Source: Octopus sinensis
Taxonomy: Eukaryota
Reading direction: 5' to 3'
Assembly: GCF_006345805.1 (NCBI RefSeq)
Contig: NC_043005.1
Location: 100,440,001-100,504,000, forward strand
DNA length: 64,000 nt
A model generated the notes under the pieces. The model was given only the letters and a program-made list of their open reading frames with translations. It ran no database searches and had not been told where the DNA came from. The stretch's first letter is position 1. Every line of letters starts with the position of its first letter. A program made the translations under genes and the position numbers. Below, in pieces: positions 63,630 through 64,000 of the stretch.

Positions 63630-64000
63630 TGAGTGAGAGAGCAGTGCATGCCATCAAAGTGACACTGGGGTAAAATATACGAAGCCCAGTATACTCACCA
63701 TGACTACCCGTCTGATAAGGGTACACCAGGCACATACATCACAACCATATGTGCGTGACATGGTGATCTCATATCAAGATAAACAGCACATGACCTTGCA
63801 GGTGGGGCCCAGTTAGAATTTTCTTCTGGTCGAGTAGCCTATCCTGCTCAAAAGGTCCCTGAATAAGGATTGCTTAAGGATGTTGAATGAACCACTCATG
63901 TTTCCAACGGTGAATTATCCAAACCTCTAAGAATTCCTTTCAACACATGGCTATGATGCTCCCACACTTATTATTATGATTATTATTATTGTTATTATTA
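62833..64000 (-). repeat. tandem array of truncated family E element plus (TTA)n spacer, period 396-399 bp, at least 3 units, runs off the window
   Basis: ACTGAGTGAGAGAGCAG starts at 62833, 63229 and 63628; units nearly identical. Confidence 0.92.

Overview
AT-rich eukaryotic DNA saturated with microsatellites ((TA)n, (CA)n, (TACA)n, (CAT)n, (TAA)n, (GAA)n). The repeat families look like those of a coleoid cephalopod, probably Octopus (inference from recalled repeat families, not a database hit). I found no intact host protein-coding gene; almost all listed ORFs are microsatellite or repeat read-throughs. The window is a transposon graveyard. It holds about 35 tRNA-derived SINE copies in four modular families (A, B, C, G; labels are mine), many 5'-truncated RTE LINE ends, and Tx1/L1-like, R4/Dong-like and Penelope-like (PLE) retroelement fossils. 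It also holds two DD37D Tc1/mariner fossils, Helitron remnants, MITEs and a 5S rRNA pseudogene. The most notable signals are: (1) about 11 type-I hammerhead ribozyme motifs, six with intact cores, including a long-stem-II family arranged +/-/+ in a near-perfect fold-back at 17.2-18.0 kb; (2) a 5S rRNA + SINE block that appears to sit inside one target-site duplication; (3) LINE/SINE 3'-tail sharing, with an ACC target preference for one SINE subfamily; (4) a (TAA)n-embedded element amplified into a ~397-bp tandem array at the window end; (5) a weak candidate minus-strand non-coding exon chain. All alignments, translations and folds were done by eye, so repeat boundaries are approximate.
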